A stretch of DNA of 64,000 nt from Desulfatiglandales bacterium (GTDB taxonomy: Bacteria > Desulfobacterota > DSM-4660 > Desulfatiglandales > Desulfatiglandaceae), in the NCBI GenBank assembly GCA_963666345.1, contig OY762721.1:3136001-3200000 (forward strand), in the 5' to 3' direction. Position 1 is the first letter of the stretch; each line of letters starts with the position of its first letter. Below, piece after piece: positions 1 to 10,328 of this stretch. The position numbers were made by a program, and so were the translations under genes. Below the pieces are notes generated by a model. It saw only the letters and a list, made by a program, of their open reading frames with translations. It was not told where the DNA came from and made no database searches.

Positions 1-2
1 CA

Positions 3-2033
3 AAGCAGGAAGGTCGGATTTTGGGAGTGCTGGCGGATCTGATACAGGTGGAACCTGAATATGAACCTGCTGTCGAGGCCGCCCTCACAGACAGACTTCA
101 ATATGTAATCGTTGAAACAAAGGAGGATGGGGAAAAGGCTGTAGGCTATTTGAAAAACAAGGAAAAAGGCAGAGGCAGCTTTGCGCCGCTTGATGAACTC
201 AATCTTCCTGTGAAATCTTCAGAGAACTGCAAACTCCCGTTTTTGTGTGACTATGTGTCCATAGACGAACCTCTAAGGCGTCTTGTTGAAAATATACTGG
301 GAAAGACCGTGTTAGTCAAAAGCCTCCATGAGGCCTTTGAGCTGAGAAATGGAGATGAAAACGGTTTTTCTTATGTAACCATGGAGGGTGATTTTGTCGA
401 TCAGCATGGAATAATAACCGGGGGAAGAATTTCTCGCAGCTCTCAGGGTATCCTGGCCAGAAAGCGTGAAATCGTACAACTCAAGGAGACATGCGCCGGT
501 CTTGAAAAAGGCGTTGCCAAGCTCGCAGGTGAAATGGAAGAGACCGTCAGCAGGCTTCGGAACAGCAAAAAGCTGCTTGAAGATCTGACTGATAAGAGGT
601 GGGAGTGCCAGGGGGAAATAAATGAGCTGGACAAAATCGTCTTCCGTTTAAGCCAGGAACTGGATCAACTTGAAAGACAATCGGAAAATATAACGCACGA
701 CCTCAAGACAAAGGATACGGAAAAAAACAGGCACAGGGAGGAATTGAAAAGGGTCGAAGAAGAACTTCAGATGTGCAGGACAAGGCGCAAGGAGGAATCT
801 GAATATTTTCAGAAAAAAGAAGCGGAACTGAGGGAATGTGAAGAGGAATTTGATAAATTTCGTGAAGAGATAAACAGACTGGAGGGGGATTCCAGGGTGC
901 TGAAAGAGGAACAGCGAGGTCTTAAACGGGAACTGGAACGAATTCAGGACTATGGTAATGAATCAAAAAACAGGCTTGAAAAGATCGGAGACGACATCCT
1001 GACGGCCCGCAGGCGTGGCGAGGAATGCGGCGAGGAGGTCGAGATCTTAAAAGAGGCTATTTCATTCCTGTACGATGAGGTCAATGGGGCACAGGAGTCC
1101 GTATCTCAGGCCGAAAGGGAGCGGCATTCGTTTCAGGATCTAATAAGGGAACAGGAAGACAGGACCGGGCTTTGCAGAAGCGAGCTGAACGAGACAAAAG
1201 AAAAGATAAATATGGCCAGGATGGAGAGCTCGGAGATTCAGTACAGGATGAATACCCTGAAGGATACCGTCAGTGAAAGATTCAATATGGATCTGGCCTC
1301 CTGTTACGAAGAATACCTGGATGAGAATTTTTCGGCAGGCGAGATGGAAAAGCAGATCATTCAGGACAAAGACGCGAGACAGAAACTGGGAGAGGTTAAT
1401 CTTACCGCGATAAAGGAACATGAGGCATTAACGGAACGATATGAATTCATAACAAAGCAGAGAGAAGACCTTGTGGGATCCATCGATTCTCTAAGGGTTG
1501 CGATCAACAAGATAAACAAGACCTCTCTTGAAAGATTTAATGAGACCTTTACTGCCGTTGACAGCAAACTTAAGGAGATATTCCCCATACTATTTAACGG
1601 CGGAACAGCTGGCCTTGAGTTGACGGACGAGTCCAGACCGCTTGAAAGCGGTGTCCTGGTCACTGTTCAGCCACCAGGCAAGAAACTTGGGCATATGGGG
1701 CTGCTTTCAGGAGGGGAGAAGGCCCTGGTGGCGATGGCGCTTCTTTTCGCTATCTACATGATAAAACCGAGCCCTTTTTGTCTTCTTGACGAGGTCGACG
1801 CCCCGTTGGATGAAGCCAATGTGGATCGGTTCAATAACCTCCTTAAAAGGATAAAGGGCTCCTCCCAGATTATAATGGTTACGCATAATAGAAGAACGAT
1901 GGAAATCGCGGACCGTCTCTACGGCATGACCATGGAAAAGGCGGGAGTATCCAAAACCGTATCCGTGGATCTTCAGGTTATAAAGGAAAAGCTCTCAACC
2001 GGTGATAAAGCCGAACAGATCACCGTCCATTAG
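3..2033 (+). CDS. smc: Chromosome segregation protein SMC, C-terminal part (5'-truncated by window edge)
   Basis: Frame open from the window start; hinge remnant, long coiled coil, ABC signature LSGGEKAL, Walker B/D-loop LLDEVDAPLD. Confidence 0.96.
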   Translation, partial: KQEGRILGVLADLIQVEPEYEPAVEAALTDRLQYVIVETKEDGEKAVGYLKNKEKGRGSFAPLDELNLPVKSSENCKLPFLCDYVSIDEPLRRLVENILGKTVLVKSLHEAFELRNGDENGFSYVTMEGDFVDQHGIITGGRISRSSQGILARKREIVQLKETCAGLEKGVAKLAGEMEETVSRLRNSKKLLEDLTDKRWECQGEINELDKIVFRLSQELDQLERQSENITHDLKTKDTEKNRHREELKRVEEELQMCRTRRKEESEYFQKKEAELRECEEEFDKFREEINRLEGDSRVLKEEQRGLKRELERIQDYGNESKNRLEKIGDDILTARRRGEECGEEVEILKEAISFLYDEVNGAQESVSQAERERHSFQDLIREQEDRTGLCRSELNETKEKINMARMESSEIQYRMNTLKDTVSERFNMDLASCYEEYLDENFSAGEMEKQIIQDKDARQKLGEVNLTAIKEHEALTERYEFITKQREDLVGSIDSLRVAINKINKTSLERFNETFTAVDSKLKEIFPILFNGGTAGLELTDESRPLESGVLVTVQPPGKKLGHMGLLSGGEKALVAMALLFAIYMIKPSPFCLLDEVDAPLDEANVDRFNNLLKRIKGSSQIIMVTHNRRTMEIADRLYGMTMEKAGVSKTVSVDLQVIKEKLSTGDKAEQITVH

Positions 2034-2060
2034 TCCTTCCCCCCCCCATTTGCTGATGAA

Positions 2061-2093
2061 TGAAGCGCCCCGCCGCATCTTGAACGGGGTATC
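2061..2093. repeat. Short REP/IS200-IS605-end-like hairpin (TGAAGCGCCCCG...CGGGGTATC)
   Basis: CCCCG/CGGGG stem between convergent smc and comEC; resembles recurrent intergenic hairpins of this type from memory only. Confidence 0.3.
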
Positions 2094-2184
2094 CCGGATT
2101 GAAATACCTGTGGCCGGCGTATCGTTTAACCGGCGGCCGCCGGGATTGATATAGGGAGGACACGGATGTTCCGATTGGATATCT

Positions 2185-4623
2185 TCAATCAGGCGGAGCG
2201 GTCCCTGTTTCCAGAAAGGTGTCTATCTCAATATCTCCGTTTTCAACCTTGACGGTTGCTGCGCCTGATTTATCTATCCTTATGACGGCGCATCCGTAAC
2301 CCTTCAGCCTTTCAACAACCTCTTCGTGGGGGAAACCGAACGGGTTTGCGCGACCGCAGGAAATAATGCATTGTCCGGGCCTTACCATCTCAAGAAAATC
2401 AACCGAGCATGAGGTACTGCTTCCATGATGAGGGCAGAGCAAAAAATCGCTTTTAAGGGCCGCACCTGACCTCGATACAAGTATGCGTTCTCCTTCAGCC
2501 TGAATATCCCCTGGAAACAGAAATGTTTTACCCATGTAGGAAATCCTGAGCACAAGTGAGTTGTTGTTGAGGTCCCTACCAGACTTATATGGAAAGGGGA
2601 GCCTTTTATCGCTTAAAGGATGGAGCAGCCGGACCTCGGCGCCGTTTATGTCTATGGTACCTCTGAGGTGTTCGGGAAGAAGCATGTCGATGCCCTTTTT
2701 ATCTATTATACCCATAAGCTCTTTAAAGGAATCGGTGTATGACCTGTCGCCGTTACACCAGAATTGAGTGGGGCTGAAGTTTTGGGCGATAAAGCGAAGA
2801 CCGTTCATATGATCTGTCTGAGGGTGGCTTAAAACCAGATAGTCAACATCCATTATCTTGGATCGCCAGAGAAACGGCGCTATTACCATCCTGCCTGAAT
2901 CAAAGGTGTCGCCGGGAAATCCACCTCCATCTATTAACATCTTTTTCCCCATTGGAAATTCCACCAGGGCGGAGTTCCCCTGACCAACGTCCAGGTATGT
3001 TACCTTAAGGGAATCCCTGAAATGGACATCGTGGATCCAGTAGGCGACATCCGACAGCCAGAAAAGCGTGATAGCAAGGATCGCGGCCCCGGCCCATCTC
3101 TTTTTCAAAACAAAGGGGAGAACAATGAGACAGTAAAAAAAAAGGGTCTCGAGCATGTTCGGTTTCGGAAGCCACATGTAAGACCATGAAAAGGAAGAAA
3201 AAAATCTGATTATGCCGATCATGATGTCAAGCCCCGCCGCCCCGATATTTATCAGCAGCAAGGCGAGTTGCCCGGAGACGGGCAACAGCAGGGCTGCCAT
3301 GAATCCGAAAGGGATTACCCATAGCCCAAGGATCGGAACGACGGTTATGTTCGCTGGTATGCCGACGACGGATACCCTGTTGAAATAAAAGGCGATAACC
3401 GGCAGAAGAAACAGGGTCGCAGAAACCGTCACCGCGGCAAGGCCGGCAAGGTATTCAAAGACCTTATCCCTCAGGTTTTTTTCAGGCCTCTTTAACCAGC
3501 CGAAGAGGATGGGTGAAAGCCATACGATTCCGACCACCGCGCAGAAAGAAAGCTGAAACGATACATCAAACAGGGCAGGGGGGTTGACTGCCAGGATTAT
3601 GAGTCCTGCAAGGGCAAGTGTGGACCATACGTCCTTTTCCTTACCGAGGATAATGGAAAGGAGATAGACTAGCACCATGATCATGGCCCTCTGGCTGGAG
3701 ATCTGAAATCCTGCCAGAACCGTGTAGCCTATAACCGGAAGACAGGTGATTGCGGCTGCAGTCTTCCTGATGTCTATGGTCAGCATGAGTCTGTATGATA
3801 TGGAAAGAAGAGCCCTCACGATGAAGAAGCTTACCCAGGCCACAAGTCCTATGTGAAGGCCGGAGACTGCAAGTATATGCCCCAGGCCTGTTCTGTCAAA
3901 AGGCTCTCTGAGATTTCCGTCTATTCCCTGGCGTTCTCCCAGCAGAAGGGCCCTGTAGAGGGCGAAGCCCTGTGAACTGAGTCCCTTTTTCAGGAGGACC
4001 CTGACAGGTCTTTGAAACCTTTCAACGGCCGAGTAGGGAAAGGGAAGGAAACCGGGTCCCATAGGCACTATTCCCCTTCCGTCTGATACAGACAAGGCAC
4101 ATGAAACACCCTTTAATTTCATTGCGGATCTGTAGTCGTAACTGCCAGGGTTGTTAAAGTTTTTGAACGGCTTAAGCCTTCCGCGCAGCCTGATTTTATC
4201 TCCCGGCTTCAAGTTCGGAATGTCTTTGTAGACCTTTACCAGTAAAATCGCTTTTACTTCTTTTGAACCGCTTTCAGAATAAACGGATTCGGTCCTGAGC
4301 CTGAACCTCCCCCTTGCTTGTGAAATCCTGGGAGGTTCGAGCACCGTACCCTGCACCGTTACTTTGGGGTGCGCATCTGCGATATCATCCAGAAGGGTTG
4401 AGGTGTCTCTTGAGATATAAAGGGCTATTGCTGCGAGAAAAAATACGCCGATTATCAGAAAGTTTGCGGCCCTGTATGGGATGAAAAGAACGGCCGTCAG
4501 CAACAGACAGATAAAAATTGCCGACACAATCGTAATAAAGGGGTTATGGGGGAGAAACCGGTGGGCAAAAAGAACGCCCCCGGCAAATGCCGTGAAGATG
4601 GGTATCAGGGGGCGATGGAACAT
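2185..4623 (-). CDS. comEC: DNA internalization competence protein ComEC/Rec2
   Basis: OB-like N-terminal domain, competence motif GLGHILAVSGLHIG, C-terminal MBL domain (LDVGQG, SHPQTDH, PHHGS). Confidence 0.95.
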   Translation of the reverse strand: MFHRPLIPIFTAFAGGVLFAHRFLPHNPFITIVSAIFICLLLTAVLFIPYRAANFLIIGVFFLAAIALYISRDTSTLLDDIADAHPKVTVQGTVLEPPRISQARGRFRLRTESVYSESGSKEVKAILLVKVYKDIPNLKPGDKIRLRGRLKPFKNFNNPGSYDYRSAMKLKGVSCALSVSDGRGIVPMGPGFLPFPYSAVERFQRPVRVLLKKGLSSQGFALYRALLLGERQGIDGNLREPFDRTGLGHILAVSGLHIGLVAWVSFFIVRALLSISYRLMLTIDIRKTAAAITCLPVIGYTVLAGFQISSQRAMIMVLVYLLSIILGKEKDVWSTLALAGLIILAVNPPALFDVSFQLSFCAVVGIVWLSPILFGWLKRPEKNLRDKVFEYLAGLAAVTVSATLFLLPVIAFYFNRVSVVGIPANITVVPILGLWVIPFGFMAALLLPVSGQLALLLINIGAAGLDIMIGIIRFFSSFSWSYMWLPKPNMLETLFFYCLIVLPFVLKKRWAGAAILAITLFWLSDVAYWIHDVHFRDSLKVTYLDVGQGNSALVEFPMGKKMLIDGGGFPGDTFDSGRMVIAPFLWRSKIMDVDYLVLSHPQTDHMNGLRFIAQNFSPTQFWCNGDRSYTDSFKELMGIIDKKGIDMLLPEHLRGTIDINGAEVRLLHPLSDKRLPFPYKSGRDLNNNSLVLRISYMGKTFLFPGDIQAEGERILVSRSGAALKSDFLLCPHHGSSTSCSVDFLEMVRPGQCIISCGRANPFGFPHEEVVERLKGYGCAVIRIDKSGAATVKVENGDIEIDTFLETGTAPPD

Positions 4624-4642
4624 CTTTTATCCTTTAACGGCT

Positions 4643-5905
4643 TTATCCTGTTTCCCGCCGCATGTTTGCCCCTAGGCTTATGAATTTTTTTTCCAGGGAC
4701 TCATATCCCCGGTCAAGGTGATAGATCCTTTGAACCTCTGTTTCGCCGCCCTTTGCGACAAGACCTGCCAGGATGAGAGATGCGCTTGCCCTCAGATCGG
4801 TTGCCATGACAGGGGCTGCCAGGAGGTGCTCTCTGCCCCTTACCAGCGCCTGATTTCCGTTGATTTCAATATCCGCACCCATCCTCTTGAGCTCGCCTAT
4901 GTGAATGAACCTGTTTTCAAAGACGGTCTCTCTTATCATGCTCCATCCATCGGCCACGCACATGAGCGCCATGAACTGCGCCTGCAGATCCGTTGGAAAG
5001 CCGGGAAAGGGCATTGTCTTTATATCAACGCTTTCTATGGTCTCGGATCCCTTGACTATAAGATCTTCTCCCGATGTCCTTATGTCCGCGCCCGAGGATT
5101 CAAGCTTTTCGGTAATGGCTCCAAGGTGTTCGCTTCTGCATCCCTTGAGTCGTATCTCTCCTTTTGTCATTGCGGCGGCTATCATGAAGGTGCCGGCCTC
5201 AATCCTGTCGGGAATAACGGTATGAACCGCGGGCCTCAGTTCCTCGACCCCCCTGATTTTGATAGTGTTGGTGCCGTCTCCCTCGATATCGGCACCCATG
5301 TTGCGCAGCATGTCTGCCAGGTCATTTATTTCAGGCTCCTTTGCCGAGTTCCTGAGGATGGTTTCACCCTTTGCCGTGACAGCCGCCATCATTATATTTT
5401 CAGTGCCTGTTACGGTAGGTATATCGAAAAATAGATCGACGCCTTTGAGTTGCGATGCCTTGGCGTTTATATAGCCCTGCTCAAGATATATGTCCGCTCC
5501 CATGGAAACGAGCCCTGAAAGGTGCATGTTGACCGGCCTTGCGCCGATGGCACACCCTCCCGGAAGAGATATCCTGGCCCTGCCGTAACGGGCGAGCATC
5601 GGTCCAAGAAGCAGGATCGAGGCGCGCATGGTTTTTACCAGTTCATAAGGTGCCTTATAGCCCTTCAGGCCCTCGGAGTTTACCTCTAATGAGTCCTGTT
5701 CATTCCCCTGTCTGAACTGAACGCCCAGCCCCGACATTATGCGTTTGATGGTTTTAACGTCTTTGAGACCGGGGATGTTTCTCAGTTTGTGCCAGCCACC
5801 GGTCAAAAGACACGCGGCCAAGGCAGGAAGGGCGGCATTTTTTGCCCCGCTTATATTCACAACACCTTTCAGCGGATCACTCTGTTTGATTAATATCCTG
5901 TCCAT
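4643..5905 (-). CDS. murA: UDP-N-acetylglucosamine 1-carboxyvinyltransferase
   Basis: SGAKNA, LPGGCAIGARPV (catalytic Cys), PDRIEAGT, PGFPTDLQAQ, ATDLRA; start placed at MDRILIK. Confidence 0.97.
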   Translation of the reverse strand: MDRILIKQSDPLKGVVNISGAKNAALPALAACLLTGGWHKLRNIPGLKDVKTIKRIMSGLGVQFRQGNEQDSLEVNSEGLKGYKAPYELVKTMRASILLLGPMLARYGRARISLPGGCAIGARPVNMHLSGLVSMGADIYLEQGYINAKASQLKGVDLFFDIPTVTGTENIMMAAVTAKGETILRNSAKEPEINDLADMLRNMGADIEGDGTNTIKIRGVEELRPAVHTVIPDRIEAGTFMIAAAMTKGEIRLKGCRSEHLGAITEKLESSGADIRTSGEDLIVKGSETIESVDIKTMPFPGFPTDLQAQFMALMCVADGWSMIRETVFENRFIHIGELKRMGADIEINGNQALVRGREHLLAAPVMATDLRASASLILAGLVAKGGETEVQRIYHLDRGYESLEKKFISLGANMRRETG

Positions 5906-6309
5906 TGAAATATCAACATCTCCATTTTCTCCGGGCAATTTTATCTCGAAAATGCCCTAACGATTCCCTGCAGCCTGCTGCCGGGAGTTTGAATCCTTGA
6001 GGAAAATCTATTTCCGCGGGGGTGGGCCTTGTAAATAAGCAAAAAGGAGCGCAGAATACAGGTTCCCTTTACCCATTTTTTCTGTCTTGTTTCAATATGA
6101 AAAACCTTATCCTCCGGGCCGGGACTCTCTGTTTCCCGTTAAGTCTTTTCGGAAGTATTTCTATGTATCTATAACAATTAAAAGGTGTCGTCAATAAATC
6201 TGGAATCCCTGATAAAGCTTCAACAAGCAATATGCGGCCTATGACCCCTACGCCGCGGTAATTTGATAACAGTTCGTTCAGACATATGCATTTCCGAGGA
6301 TGATGAACC

Positions 6310-6792
6310 TTGAAATTTTTGGCAGACTCCATGCTGGGAAGACTGGCAAAGTGGCTTAGGATACTCGGCTTTGACACCATTTATCTTCGTCAGCCGCACG
6401 AAGATTCCCTGGATCGACTGCTTGAGGAAGAAAGGCTTCTTTTGACGCGTCACAGGGCCACGGCCGAAAAATACCGGAACTCCCTGCTTATTACTCAAGA
6501 CCATGTAGAGGGGCAACTGGCCCAGCTGAAAAGGGAACTCGATCTCGCACCCGCGCCTTCGGCCATTTTCAGCAGATGCATCCTGTGTAATTCTCTTCTG
6601 ACGAATGCGGACCCTGAAGAGGTAGAGGACCTTGTGCCTGAATATGTCTTTTACAGAAAAGTTGATAAGATCAGATATTGCCCCCAATGCGGCCGCTATT
6701 TCTGGCCCGGGACTCACAGACAGAGTATGCTGGACCAGGTCCGGAGATGGGGGCTTTTGCCGGAGAAAGCGCAGGACAATGCCGTTTATTGA
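6310..6792 (+). CDS. Mut7-C RNase (PIN-like) domain protein with Zn ribbon
   Basis: FLADSMLGRLAKWLRILGFDT, SRCILCN, CPQCGRYFWPGTH; TTG start. Confidence 0.9.
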   Translation: MKFLADSMLGRLAKWLRILGFDTIYLRQPHEDSLDRLLEEERLLLTRHRATAEKYRNSLLITQDHVEGQLAQLKRELDLAPAPSAIFSRCILCNSLLTNADPEEVEDLVPEYVFYRKVDKIRYCPQCGRYFWPGTHRQSMLDQVRRWGLLPEKAQDNAVY

Positions 6793-6983
6793 TGGACAAG
6801 CCTTCCCTCCGGCGCAGGTTTTTCTTTCCTTTTTTCAGGATGGGCTTGTCTGTTTTTTAAGGTTTTGATATCCTTATTATAATAAACGGCGAAAAAGTCC
6901 TATTCCAGAAAGAAAGGAGGTGTTCCCGGAAGGTGCGGTAAGTCATTGACCTTAACATCATAGATAAGAAAAGGAGGATCAAA

Positions 6984-7199
6984 ATGGCTGGAAGCACTTA
7001 CAAGGTCATACAACTGGTGGGTTCAAGCGATCAGTCCTGGGAGGATGCCGCAAAGACAGCCCTGGAGACGGCATCTTCAAGCCTGAAGGATCTCAGGATC
7101 GCTGAGGTGACCAAGATGGACGTTACAGTCGAGAACGGCAAGGTAACCTCTTACAGGACGAGGCTGAATGTCTCCTTCAAGTACCAGAAGGACGATTAA
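6984..7199 (+). CDS. Dodecin family flavin-binding protein
   Basis: 71 aa, YKVIQLVGSSDQSWEDAA...YRTRLNVSFKY; strong RBS AAGGAGG. Confidence 0.92.
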   Translation: MAGSTYKVIQLVGSSDQSWEDAAKTALETASSSLKDLRIAEVTKMDVTVENGKVTSYRTRLNVSFKYQKDD

Positions 7200-7349
7200 C
7201 CGGCGAATGCCCTCTGACCTTTTGCCCCTTTCATATGAAAATCTATCGGCCGTCCCTTAAATCTGTCTTCAGGACTCTCTTTTCTAAAATAGGCGTGCGA
7301 ATATTTTAAAGTCAGGGTCCAGGACCCGGGAAAAAGGTCAGGGGCGGAA

Positions 7350-8006
7350 TTAATGCTTTTTGAACAACAGGGTATGCCTTTTGGCCCCTTTCTGAGGAAG
7401 ATCGTAGGATACTTTTTCATGCAGGAAGATGCCGGTTTTTCTCATTATCTTTGAGCTTTTTTTTATGGCTTCCGCAAAGTCGCCGCCCTGAAAATTTATC
7501 ATAAGGCCTGTCTGCTTGAGATGGGGGGCACACCACCTGATGACCTTTTCGAGAGGCGCCACGGCCCGTGCGGTTATGATATCATAACCTGCCGGATCGA
7601 GAAGATCTCCGTCCGTCTCTATCCTTCCCCTTTTGACGTTTATCCCTGAAAGCCCTGTAAGGCGGATCACATGTTTGAGGAAATTGACCTTCTTGTTGTT
7701 CGCTTCCATAAGGTGGGTGTTAAGACCCATTCTGCAGATCTTGATCGGAATTATGGGAAAACCGGCGCCTGAGCCCAGATCAAGTATGCTCCCCTGTTCA
7801 GGAATATAGGAAAGGGGAACCAGGGAGTCGAGCAGAAGTTCCTTTATGATCCTGTCCCTTGAGCTGATGCCTGTCAGGTTCGTTTTCTTGCTCCATTCAC
7901 AGAGTTCATCAAGAAATAGTCCCATAGTCTCCGCCCTTTCGGGAGTCAACTCAATCCCCATTTCAAGGGCACAGTCAATCATTTGCCGCTGTTCACGTTC
8001 TTCCAC
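7350..8006 (-). CDS. rsmG: 16S rRNA (guanine(527)-N7)-methyltransferase
   Basis: NLT, LLDSL, DLGSGAGFP, ARAVA motifs. Confidence 0.92.
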   Translation of the reverse strand: MEEREQRQMIDCALEMGIELTPERAETMGLFLDELCEWSKKTNLTGISSRDRIIKELLLDSLVPLSYIPEQGSILDLGSGAGFPIIPIKICRMGLNTHLMEANNKKVNFLKHVIRLTGLSGINVKRGRIETDGDLLDPAGYDIITARAVAPLEKVIRWCAPHLKQTGLMINFQGGDFAEAIKKSSKIMRKTGIFLHEKVSYDLPQKGAKRHTLLFKKH

Positions 8007-8008
8007 CC

Positions 8009-8662
8009 CTATATTATAACTCTCCTTTTTATGATCTTTACCGCCTCTTCAGGGCTGTCGACTACATTGAATATCTCGAAATCCGATTCCGTTATCATGT
8101 CATTTTTGATAAAGGCCTCCTTTATCCAGCCGAGCAGCCCCTTCCAGTATTCCGAGTCCATGAGTATGACGGGGAAGTACCTTATTCTCTTGGTCTGTAT
8201 CAGAGTAAGTGCCTCGAAAAGTTCGTCCATGGTCCCGAATCCGCCGGGCATTATAATATATGCCACCGCGTATTTTACGAACATGACCTTTCTGATGAAA
8301 AAATACCTGAACTGGAGGCTTATATTGGAGTATTGATTGGCCTTCTGTTCATTCGGAAGATGTATGTGCAGGCCCACGGATTTCGCTCCCCCGTCTGAAG
8401 CGCCTTTATTTGCGGCCTCCATAACGCCCGGCCCGCCTCCCGATATGACGTTGTAGCCCTCCTCGGCAAGAAGCCTGGCAGTCTGCTCGGTATTCTTATA
8501 TGTAAGGCTTTCAGGCTTGACCCTGGAGGAACCAAAGATGGAAACCGCCGGGTATACATCGGGAAGGTACTCGAAGCCCTCCACGAATTCGGCCATTATA
8601 TTGAACATCCTCCATGAATCGTTGAGTGTGAGTTCGTCTACCAGGTATTGTTTTTCAGGCAT
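8009..8662 (-). CDS. LOG family nucleotide monophosphate nucleosidase (TIGR00730-type)
   Basis: GGGPGVMEAANKGA, FFIRKVMF, PGGFGTMDELFE. Confidence 0.93.
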   Translation of the reverse strand: MPEKQYLVDELTLNDSWRMFNIMAEFVEGFEYLPDVYPAVSIFGSSRVKPESLTYKNTEQTARLLAEEGYNVISGGGPGVMEAANKGASDGGAKSVGLHIHLPNEQKANQYSNISLQFRYFFIRKVMFVKYAVAYIIMPGGFGTMDELFEALTLIQTKRIRYFPVILMDSEYWKGLLGWIKEAFIKNDMITESDFEIFNVVDSPEEAVKIIKRRVII

Positions 8663-8852
8663 GTTTTTTTCCTTTCAGAAACAATGTCCCAACGGTTGAT
8701 GATATTATACCCCTTTTTTGCCCCAAAAGGCATCGCCGATGTAGTATAATCAGTCCTTACGGCCGTGCCCGGGGCTCAAACGACCCTGATAAATGAAAAA
8801 TTAATTGATCTTTCAGCATTTTTCGTTTAGCTTTCTCTGGCATATAGCGCCC

Positions 8853-8881
8853 ATAATAAGTTCGGCCTTTGATGGTGTCAA
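8853..8881 (-). promoter_or_regulatory. Sigma70-type promoter for LOG-rsmG
   Basis: Minus strand TTGACA-17 nt-TATTAT. Confidence 0.6.
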
Positions 8882-9045
8882 GAAACCATAATCGGTCGCT
8901 GCTGCAGGGCAGGAAAAAATTCACCCTTATCAAGGGTGGTTTTTTTTAAGGTGCCTAAAAAGAAATGCCTGAATGTCCAGATAACGTGGCATATAAGAAG
9001 ATCGGAACTATATTTTATAATGAGAGGGGCTAACGTATTTTTGTT

Positions 9046-9249
9046 ATGGCAAAGATAGAATTTAGAGAAGAAAGGTGCAAGGGCTGCGGGCTTTGCGTGA
9101 CGGTCTGTCCCAAGAACCTTATCTCGGTTGATTCAAAGATAAACAGATCCGGTTACCATGTCGCCTGTATCGACGATCAGGAAAGATGCACCGGTTGCGC
9201 ACTATGCGCGGAGATGTGCCCCGACATGGTGATTACCGTCTTTAAATAG
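9046..9249 (+). CDS. 2-oxoacid:ferredoxin oxidoreductase delta subunit (2x[4Fe-4S] ferredoxin)
   Basis: Two CxxCxxCxxxCP motifs; first gene of the OFOR operon. Confidence 0.93.
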   Translation: MAKIEFREERCKGCGLCVTVCPKNLISVDSKINRSGYHVACIDDQERCTGCALCAEMCPDMVITVFK

Positions 9250-9266
9250 GTAAAAGGAGTCTAAAA

Positions 9267-10328
9267 TTGAAGGACCTGTCACTTGTAAAAGGCAATGACG
9301 CGGTTGCAATGGGGGCTATTGAGGCCGGATGCCGTTTTTATTTCGGGTATCCCATTACACCGCAAAACGAGATCCCCGAATATATGGCAAAGCACCTTCC
9401 TTCAGTGGGCGGGACATTTATACAGGCGGAAAGTGAAATAGCATCCATAAATATGCTCCTGGGGGCCGGGGTAACGGGGGTAAGGGCCATGACGTCCTCC
9501 TCAAGTCCCGGGATCTCGCTCAAGCAGGAGGGAATATCCTACATGTGCGGAAGCCGCATTCCGGGGGTCATAGTGAATATGAGCAGGAGCGGTCCCGGCC
9601 TTGGCGGTATTTCTCCTTCCCAGGGGGATTATTTTCAGTCAACAAGGGGGGGAGGCCATGGAGACTACAGGACGATAGTGCTTGCGCCCCATTCGGTTCA
9701 GGAAAATTACGATCTTACGATGAAGGCCTTTGATCTGGCCGATAAATACAGAAACCCGGTCGTTATACTGGGCGACGCTCTGATGGGTCAGATAAAGGAA
9801 CCCCTTGCAAGGCGTAAATACAGAAAGAGGGAGTATCCAAAGGACTGGACCCTGACAGGCGCGACCGGAAGGGAACCGAGACTCGTAAAGTCACTTTATC
9901 TGTCTGAAGGGGAACTGACCAAGCATAACTGGAACCTGAACAGGATATATAAGAGCATGAAACGGGAAATAATGTTTGAGACCCATCTGCTCGAAGATGC
10001 AAGGCTCGTGCTCGTGGCATTCGGTTCGGTTGCAAGGATACTCAAAAGTTCCATTTATATGGCAAGACAGAAGGGTATGAAGGTGGGGCTTTTCAGGCCG
10101 ATAACCCTTTATCCCTTTCCTTCGGCGCAGCTCGCGAAGGTGGCTCTTTCAATAAAAAACTTCATGGCCATCGAGCTTAACACCGGTCAGATGATCGAGG
10201 ATGTTATGCTTGCGGTCCGTCATAAAGGGCACCATGTGGATTTTTACGGAAGACCTCCCGGTTCTATCCCGTCACCTGATGAACTCTTTGATGAAATAAA
10301 GAAGATTTATAAAAAAAGGATAAGATAA
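9267..10328 (+). CDS. vorB: 2-oxoacid:ferredoxin oxidoreductase alpha subunit (Vor-type, 3-methyl-2-oxobutanoate dehydrogenase)
   Basis: GYPITPQ, QAESEIAS, MTSSSSPGISLKQE, GGGHGDY. Confidence 0.88.
   Translation: MKDLSLVKGNDAVAMGAIEAGCRFYFGYPITPQNEIPEYMAKHLPSVGGTFIQAESEIASINMLLGAGVTGVRAMTSSSSPGISLKQEGISYMCGSRIPGVIVNMSRSGPGLGGISPSQGDYFQSTRGGGHGDYRTIVLAPHSVQENYDLTMKAFDLADKYRNPVVILGDALMGQIKEPLARRKYRKREYPKDWTLTGATGREPRLVKSLYLSEGELTKHNWNLNRIYKSMKREIMFETHLLEDARLVLVAFGSVARILKSSIYMARQKGMKVGLFRPITLYPFPSAQLAKVALSIKNFMAIELNTGQMIEDVMLAVRHKGHHVDFYGRPPGSIPSPDELFDEIKKIYKKRIR

Noticed and set aside
4718..5474. Long antisense ORFs over murA (and similar shadow ORFs over the VWA, ABC, TRAP and Mo-enzyme genes)
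   Set aside because: Opposite-strand or alternate-frame shadows of well-supported genes with no motifs
6310..6792. Mut7-C PIN protein as the toxin of a TA pair
   Set aside because: No adjacent antitoxin-like small ORF; stand-alone Mut7-C genes are common
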